This document shows positions 9,250 through 19,337 of a DNA stretch of 64,000 bases, one piece after another. Location of the stretch: the NCBI GenBank assembly GCA_016699795.1, contig CP065011.1:610474-674473 (forward strand), written 5' to 3'. The stretch is from Candidatus Moraniibacteriota bacterium (GTDB taxonomy: Bacteria; Patescibacteriota; Minisyncoccia; Moranbacterales; GCA-2747515). Both the position numbers and the translations under genes were made by a program. The notes beneath the pieces were generated by a model, which was not told the DNA's origin, searched no databases, and saw only the letters and a list, made by a program, of their open reading frames with translations. Within the stretch, counting starts at the first letter, position 1; every line of letters starts with the position of its first letter.

Positions 9250-9441
9250 CGGAGTATTTTTTTGAGAAAAGAAAAATAAATTATAGAGATCTTACTTTTT
9301 TGTAAAGATAAAATCTCGAAAAAATTTTCTTAAAAATAAAGAAGAAATTTTCTATTTTCAAGGTGTTGAGTATTCATTTCATTCTCTTTTATGAATATGA
9401 TAGAATAGGAGAAAGTAAAAAGACAGAATGAAATAAAAAAT

Positions 9442-12296
9442 ATGAGAATTTTTTCTTATAAAAAATCACATCTTCTCCCTACACTTTTCGGAATGTTCTT
9501 TGTTTTCTTTTTTCTTTCGAGTCAGGCTTGGGCAGCAACAGTCACACATGAGTGGGCAAAGCGGTTTGGGGGAGTGGGAAGTGATGGTGGTTTTAATATC
9601 ACTCTTGATTCTTCAGGAAATATATATGTTACAGGATGGATTACGGGCGATGTCGACTTAAATGACGATGGAGATTTCATTGATCCTTATGAATCAGGAA
9701 CAGGATTTGGTAGTAATGATATTTTTATTTCTGTCTTCACTTCCGAAGGCTCCCATCTCTGGGCTAAGCGATTGGGAGGAATCGGGAATGACAGTAGTTC
9801 TAGTATCACAATTAATTCCGCAGGAAATATACATATTACAGGATCTGTTACAGGAAATGCCGACTTAAACGGCGATGGAGATGTCACTGATCCCTATGAA
9901 TCAGGAATGGGATTTGGAAATCTCGATGTCTTTATTTCCGTCTTCACTTCCGAAGGCTCTCCCCTCTGGGCTAAGCGTTTAGGAGGGATAGATTCGGATA
10001 ATGGTAGTAAGATAACCCTTGACTTCTCAGGAAATGTATATATCACAGGACAAATTAGAAACAATGTTGACTTAAATGGCGATGGAGATTTCACCGATCC
10101 CTATGAATCAGGAATAGGATTTGGAAGTTGGGATGCTTTTATTTCCGTCTTCACTTCCGAAGGCTCTCATCTCTGGGCTAAGCGATTAGGAGGAGTAGGG
10201 CTTGATAATAGTTCTGGTATAACAATTAATTCCGCAGGAAATATACATATTACAGGATCTGTTACAGAAAATGCCGATTTAAATGGTGATGGAGATGTCA
10301 CCGATCCCTATGAATCAGGAGCAGGATTTGGTAATAATGATGCCTTTATTTCCATCTTCACTTCCGAAGGTTCCCATCTCTGGGCTAAACGGTTAGGAGG
10401 AGTGGGGAGTGATGGTGGCTCTGGTATCACAATGGATTCCGCAGGAAATATATATGTTACAGGATTAGTTACAGGAGATGTTGATTTAAACGGTGATGGA
10501 GATTTTACTGATCCCTATGAATCAGGAACAGGATTTGGTAGTAATGATATTTTTATTTCCATCTTCACTTCCGAAGGCTCTCATCTCTGGGCTAAGCGAT
10601 TAGGAGGAGTAGGGAATGATAGTAGTTCTTCTATAAATCTTGATTCTTCAGGAAATATATATTACAGGATATAGTACAGGAGATGTTGATTTAAATGGTG
10701 ATGGAGATTTTACTGATCTCTATGAATCAGGAACAGGATTTGGAGGACTTGATGCTTTTATTTCCACCTTCACTTCTGAAGGCACACATCTTTGGACAAA
10801 GCGTTTAGGAGGAACAGGGACTGATTGGATTCGTGGTACAACCCTTGATTCTTCAGGAAATATATATAGTACAGGATATGTTACAGGTGATGCTGATTTG
10901 AACGGTGATGGAGATTTTACCGATCCTTATGAATCAGGAACAGGATTTGGATTAGCTGACATTTTCCTCTCCGCCTTCTCTTACGACACCACTCCTCCCT
11001 CCCTCACTCTTACTCCCATCTCCACACCAACTTCAGACACTACATTTACCATAACAGGAACAACAACAGACACTCTCTCTGACATATACCAAGTCCACTA
11101 TCAAATAGACTCCACAGAAGGAGAATGGATTCCTTGTACTCCAGATGATTCTCTCTTTGATTCACCTTCCGAATCTTTCTCTTGTCCCGAACAAACCTTC
11201 CAAGAAGGTACGCATACCATATACATCAAAGCAACAGACAATGCTCTTTTGCAAAACGAAACACTACAATCTCTCACCTTCACCATAGACCTCACCTATC
11301 CCTCCCTCACTTAACCCTCTCCCAGAACTCACCAATGACTCCATCCTTACCCTCACAGGAAGAGTCAGAGACCAAGATGGAACCATACAATCAGTAGAAT
11401 ACCAAGTAAACTCCACAGACAATTCTTGGACACTCTGCCAAGCAACTGACAATACTTTCAATCAACAAGAAGAATCTTTCTCTTGTACCATAGAGAATCT
11501 CCAAGATGGATCTCACACTATATATATACGAGCCACAGACAATGTAGGAAACACAACGCAAATCACTACCTCCACTTCTGAACAAACTACCATAGATACC
11601 GAATCTCCTGATCTTGATCTCAAATCAAACATCACCCTCACTCTTAACGGAGGATCCAAAACAAACATAGAAGAAAACAAAACATTTTCTACAAGAAAAG
11701 AACGTCCTACACTTAAAGGAACAAACAAAGAAGCAAAGAATGGAATCATTACTATATATCAAAAAACATTCTTTGGATCAAAAAAAAGAATAGCTACTAT
11801 CTCTATAGATAAGAATGGAAAATGGAACTATTCTCTTCCAAAAAAAGAAAATGATTCCCGATACTATGCAATAAAGCTTACCGACCAAGCAAACAACGCA
11901 TCTGATATCTCAGATTGGTTTAAAGTTATCTATGACAAAACTCCTCCAACATTTACCACCACCCTCCCAGAAACTCTTACTGCACAAAGAGGAACCAGAA
12001 TAGATTTCCCTGCAACCGATGAACAAGAAGGACTCAAAGATCAATCAGGTATAGAAAAGTACCAAGTCAAACTCATAGGGTATCATAAAGATTGGATGCC
12101 TACTCCAGGAAAAAATGATCCTTTCTTCATTATCCCTGAAGCCGTTCCTTATGGAACCTACCCACTTGATATCAAAGTATCAGACAAAGCAGGAAATCAT
12201 ACCTATCATACGATTACGCTTACAAAACAAGAGGTAAAGGGAGTGGAGACAGAAAAAAAAAAGAAAATCAAAAAGAGAATCAAGAACAAGAAATGA
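9442..12296 (+). pseudogene. Disrupted paralog of the SBBP-repeat surface protein. Signal peptide, about 7 diverged SBBP beta-propeller repeats and Ig-like C-terminal domains; broken by two 2-bp deletions
   Basis: ORF 9442-10674 (frame 1) has repeats WAKRLGGxGxDxxxxITxDSxGNIYxTGxxTGxxDLNGDGDxTDPYESGxGFGxxDxFISxFTSEGSHL. It stops at NIYYRI* because 'atatatattacagga' at about 10650 lacks 2 nt relative to sibling repeats ('atatatatgttacagga'). ORF 10640-11314 continues in frame 2 and stops where 'ctcacttaaccct' at about 11308 lacks the 'gc' present in the paralog ('ctcacgcttaaccct', 14696). Frame 0 then stays open to 12296, encoding domains collinear with 14700-15616 of the intact paralog. Confidence 0.6.
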
Positions 12297-12681
12297 ATAC
12301 TCAAACAACTCCTTTACCATCTCAAACAACATCTTCAACTCCTAATGCTTATCAAACACAAGAAAGAGAGTCTTCTTCCAATACACCTCCTTTTGAGACT
12401 CTTGATACCACATCTTCATCATCATGTACTTCTCATTGGTATAATCCTTTCTCTTGGGGATGCTAGGAGAGGGGAGGAGAGGAGAAAAGAAGAAAGAAAA
12501 ATACTTTCTTTTAATTCTGCGAGAAATCCTGAGTTTGTCTAAGGATGGACGTGACAATCTAGAATTTAAAACAAAGAAAAGAAATTCAAATAGATTGCTT
12601 CGCAAAACCTCGCAATGACACAGAGTGAATTTCATATATTGTAAAGAAAAGAAGAAAATACTTCCCCCCTTTTTTTTTCTG

Positions 12682-12690
12682 TGGTATACT
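12682..12690 (+). promoter_or_regulatory. Possible extended -10 element (TGgTATACT) upstream of the intact SBBP gene
   Basis: tgtggtatact lies about 30 nt upstream of the ATG at 12722, preceded by a C/T tract. No clear -35. Confidence 0.25.
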
Positions 12691-12721
12691 AAAAAGAGTA
12701 AAAAAGATAAAAAGAATCTCT

Positions 12722-15616
12722 ATGCGTTTTTCAAAAAAAATATTCCAAAGTTTCTTTGTAAAGAATACTCAAATAATACATGCTATACCTATGATTTCTT
12801 TTTTTAAAAAAACATCGTATAAAAAAATATATCCACTTCCTGTATTCTTGGGAATGTTCTTTATTTTCTTTGCATTTTCTTTGGAAGTTCATGCTGGTTC
12901 GGTCACTCCCGAATGGGCGGAGCGGTTGGGTGGAGCGGGCTATGACTACGGCCTCTCCATCACCACCGACGCTGACGGTAATGTACTGGTCACAGGAAGT
13001 GTAAACGACACCGCCGACCTCAACGGCGACGGTGACACCACCGACCCCAATGAAACCACGGCATCACCCTATGGAGGCGACGACGCCTTCATCTCCGTCT
13101 TTGACGCCTCGGGTACCAATCTGTGGTATACGCGCCTTGGTGGAGCGGGCTATGACTACGGCTACTCCATCACCACCGACGCTGACGGTAATGTACTGGT
13201 CACAGGAAGTGTAAACGACACCGCCGACCTCAACGGCGACGGTGACACCACCGACCCCAATGAAACCACGGCATCACCCTATGGAGGCGACGACGCCTTC
13301 ATCTCCGTCTTTGACGCCTCGGGTACCAATCTGTGGTATACGCGCCTTGGTGGAGCGGGCTATGACTACGGCTACTCCATCACCACCGACGCTGACGGTA
13401 ATGTACTGGTCACAGGAAGTGTAAACGACACCGCCGACCTCAACGGCGACGGTGACACCACCGACCCCAATGAAACCACGGCATCACCCTATGGAGGCGA
13501 CGACGCCTTCATCTCCGTCTTTGACGCCTCGGGTACCAATCTGTGGTATACGCGCCTTGGTGGAGCGGGCTATGACTACGGCTACTCCATCACCACCGAC
13601 GCTGACGGTAATGTACTGGTCACAGGAAGTGTAAACGACACCGCCGACCTCAACGGCGACGGTGACACCACCGACCCCAATGAAACCACGGCATCACCCT
13701 ATGGAGGCGACGACGCCTTCATCTCCGTCTTTGACGCCTCGGGTACCAATCTGTGGTATACGCGCCTTGGTGGAGCGGGCTATGACTACGGCTACTCCAT
13801 CACCACCGACGCTGACGGTAATGTACTGGTCACAGGAAGTGTAAACGACACCGCCGACCTCAACGGCGACGGTGACACCACCGACCCCAATGAAACCACG
13901 GCATCACCCTATGGAGGCGACGACGCCTTCATCTCCGTCTTTGACGCCTCGGGTACCAATCTGTGGTATACGCGCCTTGGTGGAGCGGGCTATGACTACG
14001 GCTACTCCATCACCACCGACGCTGACGGTAATGTACTGGTCACAGGAAGTGTAAACGACACCGCCGACCTCAACGGCGACGGTGACACCACCGACCCCAA
14101 TGAAACCACGGCATCACCCTATGGAGGCGACGACGCCTTCATCTCCGTCTTTGACGCCTCGGGTACCAATCTGTGGTATACGCGCCTTGGTGGAGCGGGC
14201 TATGACTACGGCTACTCCATCACCACCGACGCTGACGGTAATGTACTGGTCACAGGAAGTGTAAACGACACCGCCGACCTCAACGGCGACGGTGACACCA
14301 CCGACCCCAATGAAACCACGGCATCACCCTATGGAGGCGACGACGCCTTCATCTCCGTCTTCTCCTACGACTTCACCCCTCCTGTACTTACGCTTGATTC
14401 TCCCTCTTCTCCCACCGGAGACTTCACTCCCACCATTACCGGAGTTGCTACTGACGCAAGAAATGCTCTAGCAAGCGTCGAGTACCAAGTAGACTCCACC
14501 TCCGGTTCTTGGAGTACTTGCACCGCAGACGACGGCACCTTTGACTCTTCCTCCGAAGCATTCTCTTGCCAAACCCAAGAACTCTCTGAAGGTACGCACA
14601 CCATATACCTACGATCAACAGATAGTGCAGACAATACCACCCAAGAAGGAGAAGAATCAGAAGTCTCTATTCAAATAGACCTCACCTATCCCTCCCTCAC
14701 GCTTAACCCTCTCCCTCCTCTTACCAATGATTCCACTCTTATTCTTACCGGAACAACAAAAGATACTGATGGAACTATCCAAAACGTAGAGTATCAACTC
14801 GACTCTCTCTCAGGATCATGGACTCCATGCACCTCAAACGATTCTCTCTTTGAAGAACAAGAAGAATCATTCACCTGCACCCTCACCAATCTCTCTGATG
14901 GAAACCACATCATATACATACGATCAACAGACAATGTAGGAAATAGTACAAGCATACAAACATCTCCTTCAGAAGATACTACTATAGATACAAAAGAACC
15001 TACCCTCGAACCAAAATCTCAAATCACTCTCGAACTCAAAGGAACAAAGAAAACAAACATAGAAGAAGGAGAAACCTTCTATACACAAAAAGAACGTCCC
15101 AAACTTAAAGGAAGGAATGAAGAAGCAAAGAATGGAACTGTCGTTGTGTATCAAAGAACCTATCTTGGAGCAAAAAGAAAAATAGCTACTGCACGTATAG
15201 ATAAAGATGGGAATTGGGAATACTCTCTCCCAAAAAAAGAAAATGATTCAAGACACTATGCTATCAAACTTATAGATGAAGCAGGAAATGAATCTGACAT
15301 CTCACAATGGTTTAAAGTAATCTATGATAGAAAAGCTCCAACCTTCAAAACAGAACTTCCAAAAACACAAAACGTAACAAGAGGAACAAGAATAGACTTT
15401 CCTGCAAAAGATAACTTCTCTGGTATAGACTCCTATCAAGTAAAACTCACTCCCTATCATAAAGAATGGAAAAAGATACCAAACAAAAAAGATTCTTTCT
15501 TCATCATCCCTGAATCTGTTTCAAATGGAATCTACACCCTTACTCTCAAAGTAACAGATAAAGCAGGGAATCGTCTTACTCATAGTATGACGGTTACTGT
15601 GGGGGATGGGAAGTAG
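12722..15616 (+). CDS. Large secreted SBBP (beta-propeller) repeat surface protein with C-terminal Ig-like domains; putative adhesin
   Basis: 964 aa. Signal peptide ...KKIYPLPVFLGMFFIFFAFSLEVHA (the true start may be the internal Met at 12791). Seven 70-aa repeats follow: WYTRLGGAGYDYGYSITTDADGNVLVTGSVNDTADLNGDGDTTDPNETTASPYGGDDAFISVFDASGTNL. Then two copies of an Ig-like module (LTLxxxxxPTxDxTxTITGxxTD...VEYQxDSxxGxWxxCTxxD..FDSxxExFSCxxxxLxxGxHxIYxRSTD) and further beta-sandwich domains. Collinear with the disrupted paralog at 9442-12296. Confidence 0.8.
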   Translation: MRFSKKIFQSFFVKNTQIIHAIPMISFFKKTSYKKIYPLPVFLGMFFIFFAFSLEVHAGSVTPEWAERLGGAGYDYGLSITTDADGNVLVTGSVNDTADLNGDGDTTDPNETTASPYGGDDAFISVFDASGTNLWYTRLGGAGYDYGYSITTDADGNVLVTGSVNDTADLNGDGDTTDPNETTASPYGGDDAFISVFDASGTNLWYTRLGGAGYDYGYSITTDADGNVLVTGSVNDTADLNGDGDTTDPNETTASPYGGDDAFISVFDASGTNLWYTRLGGAGYDYGYSITTDADGNVLVTGSVNDTADLNGDGDTTDPNETTASPYGGDDAFISVFDASGTNLWYTRLGGAGYDYGYSITTDADGNVLVTGSVNDTADLNGDGDTTDPNETTASPYGGDDAFISVFDASGTNLWYTRLGGAGYDYGYSITTDADGNVLVTGSVNDTADLNGDGDTTDPNETTASPYGGDDAFISVFDASGTNLWYTRLGGAGYDYGYSITTDADGNVLVTGSVNDTADLNGDGDTTDPNETTASPYGGDDAFISVFSYDFTPPVLTLDSPSSPTGDFTPTITGVATDARNALASVEYQVDSTSGSWSTCTADDGTFDSSSEAFSCQTQELSEGTHTIYLRSTDSADNTTQEGEESEVSIQIDLTYPSLTLNPLPPLTNDSTLILTGTTKDTDGTIQNVEYQLDSLSGSWTPCTSNDSLFEEQEESFTCTLTNLSDGNHIIYIRSTDNVGNSTSIQTSPSEDTTIDTKEPTLEPKSQITLELKGTKKTNIEEGETFYTQKERPKLKGRNEEAKNGTVVVYQRTYLGAKRKIATARIDKDGNWEYSLPKKENDSRHYAIKLIDEAGNESDISQWFKVIYDRKAPTFKTELPKTQNVTRGTRIDFPAKDNFSGIDSYQVKLTPYHKEWKKIPNKKDSFFIIPESVSNGIYTLTLKVTDKAGNRLTHSMTVTVGDGK
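12931..14358 (+). repeat. Perfect 210-bp tandem repeat array, about 6.8 units, ~58% GC, embedded in the SBBP gene
   Basis: Six identical alternate-frame 60-aa ORFs in the track (13032, 13242, 13452, 13662, 13872, 14082) show an exact 210-bp period. Units start at 12931, 13141, 13351, 13561, 13771, 13981 and 14191. Unit 1 differs by one codon (GLS vs GYS). The last unit is truncated near 14358. I counted 122/210 G+C in one unit. Confidence 0.9.
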
Positions 15617-15738
15617 GAGAGAATATTCTAAGCGGAAATATTTTCTACATGTATCTTAATTCTATTTTGTTTTTTATGAGAATATGGAGTATACTCGAAA
15701 AATAAGGTTAAGAAATGAATGAATGTGTAGATATTTTT

Positions 15739-16104
15739 ATGTCTAAATCGATAATTATTGTTGAAGATGAGATTTCAATAATGAAAGCAATGAGCATTAA
15801 ATTACAGAATGCCGGTTTTCAAGTTGAGGGCGCAAAAGAAGCGAATGAATTTTTTGAGAAAAAGGGAAAGAAGAAGTTCGATCTTATCTTATTAGATCTT
15901 ATGCTTCCAAAGATTTCAGGTTTTGAAGTATTGGAAAAATTAAGAAAGGAAAAAAATAAGGTTCCTGTTATGGTGGCATCGAATTTAAGCCAAGAAGAGG
16001 ACAAAAAACGAGCTCAAGACCTTGGCGCAGTGGATTATATTGTCAAATCGGACACATCACTTAATCAGATTGTTGAAAAAATACAATCTTTTTTAGAAAA
16101 ATAA
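15739..16104 (+). CDS. Stand-alone response-regulator receiver (CheY-like) domain protein
   Basis: MSKSIIIVEDE...FDLILLDLMLPKISGFEVLEKLRK...VPVMVASNLSQEE...GAVDYIVK. The phospho-acceptor Asp (LLDLMLP), the T/S and the K are in canonical positions. Start taken at the Met at 15739 within ORF 15715. No output domain. First gene of the pilus cluster. Confidence 0.8.
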   Translation: MSKSIIIVEDEISIMKAMSIKLQNAGFQVEGAKEANEFFEKKGKKKFDLILLDLMLPKISGFEVLEKLRKEKNKVPVMVASNLSQEEDKKRAQDLGAVDYIVKSDTSLNQIVEKIQSFLEK

Positions 16105-16132
16105 AATAAGTTCTAAGAAATAAAATAAAGAA

Positions 16133-17779
16133 ATGGCTATCAATGAAAAAGATATCCTTGATATCGTATTACGAGAAGGATATGTCTCACAAGAGGATTT
16201 TGATAAGGCTCTTCATAGAGAAAAAAAAGGAAATGCATCTGCCTTAGATTATTTGTTAGAGAATAATGTTTTAAGTTTGGATTTGGTTGGTCAGGCCATG
16301 GCTGAGTATTACGGAGTTCCTTATGCGGATTTGAATACCAATGAAGTAAGTTCAGAACAGGTATTAAGAATTCCAGAAAAAATGGCAAAAAAGCTTAATG
16401 CTGTACTCTATAAGGAAACGAATGATTCTGTGGTAATCGCAACGAGCGATCCGAGTAATCCTGAAATTAAGGAAAAATTAGTATGGATTTTTAATACAAA
16501 AAAAATAAAACTTGCATACTCAATGTATGTAGATATTGAGAAGGCTTTCTCTTATTATAAAGAGAATTTAGCAGATCGCTTTACAAATATCATTCAATCG
16601 GAAAATAAAGTTGCTCCAGAAATGGTACTGGAAATTTTAAAAGATGCGCTTAATAGAAGTGCTTCTGATGTTCATTTTGAACCAATGAAAGAAAAGGTAA
16701 GTATTCGTTTTCGTGTGGACGGAGTCCTTCAAGAGGTTGGCGAAGTAACACCACAGTATTATCAAAATATTATAAATCATCTTAAAATAAGCGCTTCTCT
16801 TAAAATTGATGAACATAAGACGACTCAAGATGGCGCACTTCATTTTTATATCAATAAAACAGAATTGAATTTGAGAATCTCAATCGTTCCTATTGTGGAA
16901 GGAGAAAAAATCGTACTAAGAATTCTTTCGAGACAAAGTAGTAGTCTTGGCTTAGAAAATCTTGGTCTTTCACAAAAAGATCAAGAAATATTTGAGACTA
17001 CGATCAGAAGGCCTTTTGGAATGATTATTATTAGTGGTCCGACAGGTTCAGGAAAGAGTACAACATTATATTCTTTACTTACAAAAATAAATAATTCTGA
17101 AATAAATATAACTTCTATTGAAGATCCTGTTGAATACATTATTCACGGAGCAAATCAAATTCAAGTTAATCTTGATTCTAATATCACCTTTGCTCGGGGA
17201 CTTCGATCTATTGTTCGTCAAGATCCCGATGTTATTTTTGTAGGAGAAATTCGTGATTCGGAGACAGCGGATATCTCTGTTAATGCAGCACTTACGGGAC
17301 ATTTTCTTTTTTCAACATTTCATGCGAATAATGCTGAATCCACCTTTCTTCGATTGATGGATATGGGTGTTGAGAGATTTTTGTTAGCATCAACATTGAA
17401 TCTTGTTGTCTCACAAAGATTGCTTCGAAAACTTTGTGAAAAGTGTCGCTATAGTAAAGAAGTTACTTCAGAATACGCATCTCAATTTCCTGTAGAATTT
17501 TCTAAATATCTCAAGGGACTAAAAAATATTTATCAAGGAAAGGGGTGCTCTGTTTGTCGAGGAACTGGATATAAAGGACGTATAGCGGCCTTTCAATTAA
17601 TTCAAGTAACTCCAGAAATCCAAACACTTATATTGCGAAGTGCTACTTCGCAAGAAATTTGGGATGTAGCAAAAAAACAGGGAGCAAGATCTCTTTTTGA
17701 AGATGCTCAAGATAAAGCTAATTTGGGAATTACGAGTTATGAGGAAATTTTTAGGGTAACACCTCCAACTGTTGAGTAA
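16133..17779 (+). CDS. pilB: Type IV pilus assembly ATPase PilB (GspE-family)
   Basis: 548 aa. GSPII_E N-terminal domain. Walker A GPTGSGKSTTLYS. Asp/His boxes. Tetracysteine Zn motif CEKCRYS...CSVCRGTGYKGR. Confidence 0.95.
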   Translation: MAINEKDILDIVLREGYVSQEDFDKALHREKKGNASALDYLLENNVLSLDLVGQAMAEYYGVPYADLNTNEVSSEQVLRIPEKMAKKLNAVLYKETNDSVVIATSDPSNPEIKEKLVWIFNTKKIKLAYSMYVDIEKAFSYYKENLADRFTNIIQSENKVAPEMVLEILKDALNRSASDVHFEPMKEKVSIRFRVDGVLQEVGEVTPQYYQNIINHLKISASLKIDEHKTTQDGALHFYINKTELNLRISIVPIVEGEKIVLRILSRQSSSLGLENLGLSQKDQEIFETTIRRPFGMIIISGPTGSGKSTTLYSLLTKINNSEINITSIEDPVEYIIHGANQIQVNLDSNITFARGLRSIVRQDPDVIFVGEIRDSETADISVNAALTGHFLFSTFHANNAESTFLRLMDMGVERFLLASTLNLVVSQRLLRKLCEKCRYSKEVTSEYASQFPVEFSKYLKGLKNIYQGKGCSVCRGTGYKGRIAAFQLIQVTPEIQTLILRSATSQEIWDVAKKQGARSLFEDAQDKANLGITSYEEIFRVTPPTVE

Positions 17780-17787
17780 AATACATA

Positions 17788-18888
17788 GTGAGTATGAAAA
17801 ATGAAAAAAAAATTCCTCGTTGGTTATCTCCATTTTTGTATTTTGGATTGCAAAATAAGGCATACGAATTTATAGAAAATTTGTCATATTTTCTTTCAGC
17901 AGGACTTTCTCTTTCCGAGGCTTTGGAATCACTCAAAGAAGAAACATCTTCAAAGAGAATGAAGAAAATCATTGTAAAAATAAAAGAAGCTATTGACTCT
18001 GGAGAAATGCTATCAACTTCGTTAACGCAACAAAATTTTTTCGAAGAAGATATAATAGAAATTATTCATGCGGGAGAATTATCTGGGAATCTTGTCAATA
18101 ATCTCAAACTAGTAGTACTTCTTCATGATAAAGATCGAAAATTAAAAGCAAAAATCAATTCCTCACTTTTATATGGAGGAATTATTCTTGTTGCTACCAT
18201 GATAGGTGGTGTGGGGACTGCATGGTTTTCGTTACCACAAATTGCCAAAGTATATGCTGATATGAATGTAGAACTTCCAATGTTGACTCGTATACTCGTT
18301 CAATTTGGTGTTTTTGTTTCAAAATATGGATATATATTTTTCCCAATATTTTTTCTTATTGTGGCTTCGATGTTTTATTTCTTATTTAGCTTTCCAAAAA
18401 CGAAATTTATCGGAAATATTTTTTTGTTTCATATCCCTTTCGTGAAAAAACTTATTCAGCAAAGTGAGGTAACTCGATTTGGGTATCTTATGGGAAATAT
18501 TTCTCAATCAGGATTATCCATAAATCGCGCATTTCAGATTATGGTAGGAGCGACAACTTTTGATAATTATAAAAAACTCTATGAATTTATCGCAGGGAAA
18601 GTAACGGAAGGCATCTCTATTTCGGAGAGTTTTAAAATGTACCCAAAATCAAAAAAACTTATCCCTTCAAGTGTATTGCAAATGCTAACTTCTGCAGAAA
18701 AAACAGGAAAACTTTCAGAGACATTCTTTCGTATTAGTGATCTTTATGAATTAAAATTGGAAAATACCTCAAGAAATTTACCTATTATTATCGAGCCACT
18801 CCTTTTGATTCTCATGGGATTAGGTGTGGTTATCTTCATACTTGCAACTATGCTACCAATTTATAATCTTACAAATATTATTAAATGA
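17788..18888 (+). CDS. pilC: Type IV pilus inner-membrane platform protein PilC (GspF-family)
   Basis: 366 aa with two T2SSF-like halves and three TM segments. Immediately follows pilB. Its stop overlaps the next gene's start (ATGA). Confidence 0.85.
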   Translation: MSMKNEKKIPRWLSPFLYFGLQNKAYEFIENLSYFLSAGLSLSEALESLKEETSSKRMKKIIVKIKEAIDSGEMLSTSLTQQNFFEEDIIEIIHAGELSGNLVNNLKLVVLLHDKDRKLKAKINSSLLYGGIILVATMIGGVGTAWFSLPQIAKVYADMNVELPMLTRILVQFGVFVSKYGYIFFPIFFLIVASMFYFLFSFPKTKFIGNIFLFHIPFVKKLIQQSEVTRFGYLMGNISQSGLSINRAFQIMVGATTFDNYKKLYEFIAGKVTEGISISESFKMYPKSKKLIPSSVLQMLTSAEKTGKLSETFFRISDLYELKLENTSRNLPIIIEPLLLILMGLGVVIFILATMLPIYNLTNIIK

Positions 18889-19337
18889 GAAATTATTTTT
18901 TTAAAAAGGAAGAAAAAGGAATTTCATTGATAGAGGTTTTGACAGTAATGGCTGTTATTGGAATTTTCGCAAGTATAGGTGTGAGTGGATTTTTTTCTTT
19001 TAAAAAAGGAAATGATTTTCTTCTTTCCATAGAACAGGCAAATAATACTATTAGATTAGCGAGAATGAAGGCTTTAAATGGTAATAATGATGATGATTGG
19101 GGGGTTCATATTACTGCGAGTCAAATACTTGTTTTTAAGGGAAATGATTTCATCAATCGAAATATTTCTTATGATGAAGTCGTTAGCCTTTCGGAAGTAG
19201 CGAGCGTTTCAGGTCTTACGCAAATTATTTTTTCTAAAATGAGTGGTCTTCCTTCAGATGTGGGTGTAATATATTTTAATGATGGGAATCAAAATAAAAG
19301 TATAGAAATCAATGAAAAAGGAATGGTTATTAAATAG
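18885..19337 (+). CDS. Prepilin-type N-terminal cleavage/methylation domain protein (GspH/FimT-like minor pilin)
   Basis: MRNYFFKKEEKG|ISLIEVLTVMAVIGIFASIG has the class III signal (G-hydrophobic-x-x-x-E). 150 aa. Confidence 0.7.
   Translation: MRNYFFKKEEKGISLIEVLTVMAVIGIFASIGVSGFFSFKKGNDFLLSIEQANNTIRLARMKALNGNNDDDWGVHITASQILVFKGNDFINRNISYDEVVSLSEVASVSGLTQIIFSKMSGLPSDVGVIYFNDGNQNKSIEINEKGMVIK

Noticed and set aside
12293-12466. 57-aa Thr/Ser/Pro-rich small ORF (MNTQTTPLPSQTTSSTPNAYQ...) overlapping the stop of the disrupted SBBP paralog
   Set aside because: Below the size threshold, with low complexity and no homology signal. It could be a remnant linker of the decayed gene and not an independent gene. 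Not called.
13032-14264. Six identical 60-aa ORFs (MTPPTPMKPRHHPMEATTPSS...) every 210 bp on the plus strand
   Set aside because: They are alternate-frame read-throughs of the GC-rich tandem repeat inside the 964-aa SBBP gene. GC-rich DNA has few stops, which creates such shadows. They are useful only as a ruler for the 210-bp period.
9442-15616. Diversity-generating retroelement (DGR) targeting the repeat proteins
   Set aside because: No reverse transcriptase or template/variable repeat pair with adenine-specific substitutions is present in the window. The two paralogs differ throughout, not at A positions only.
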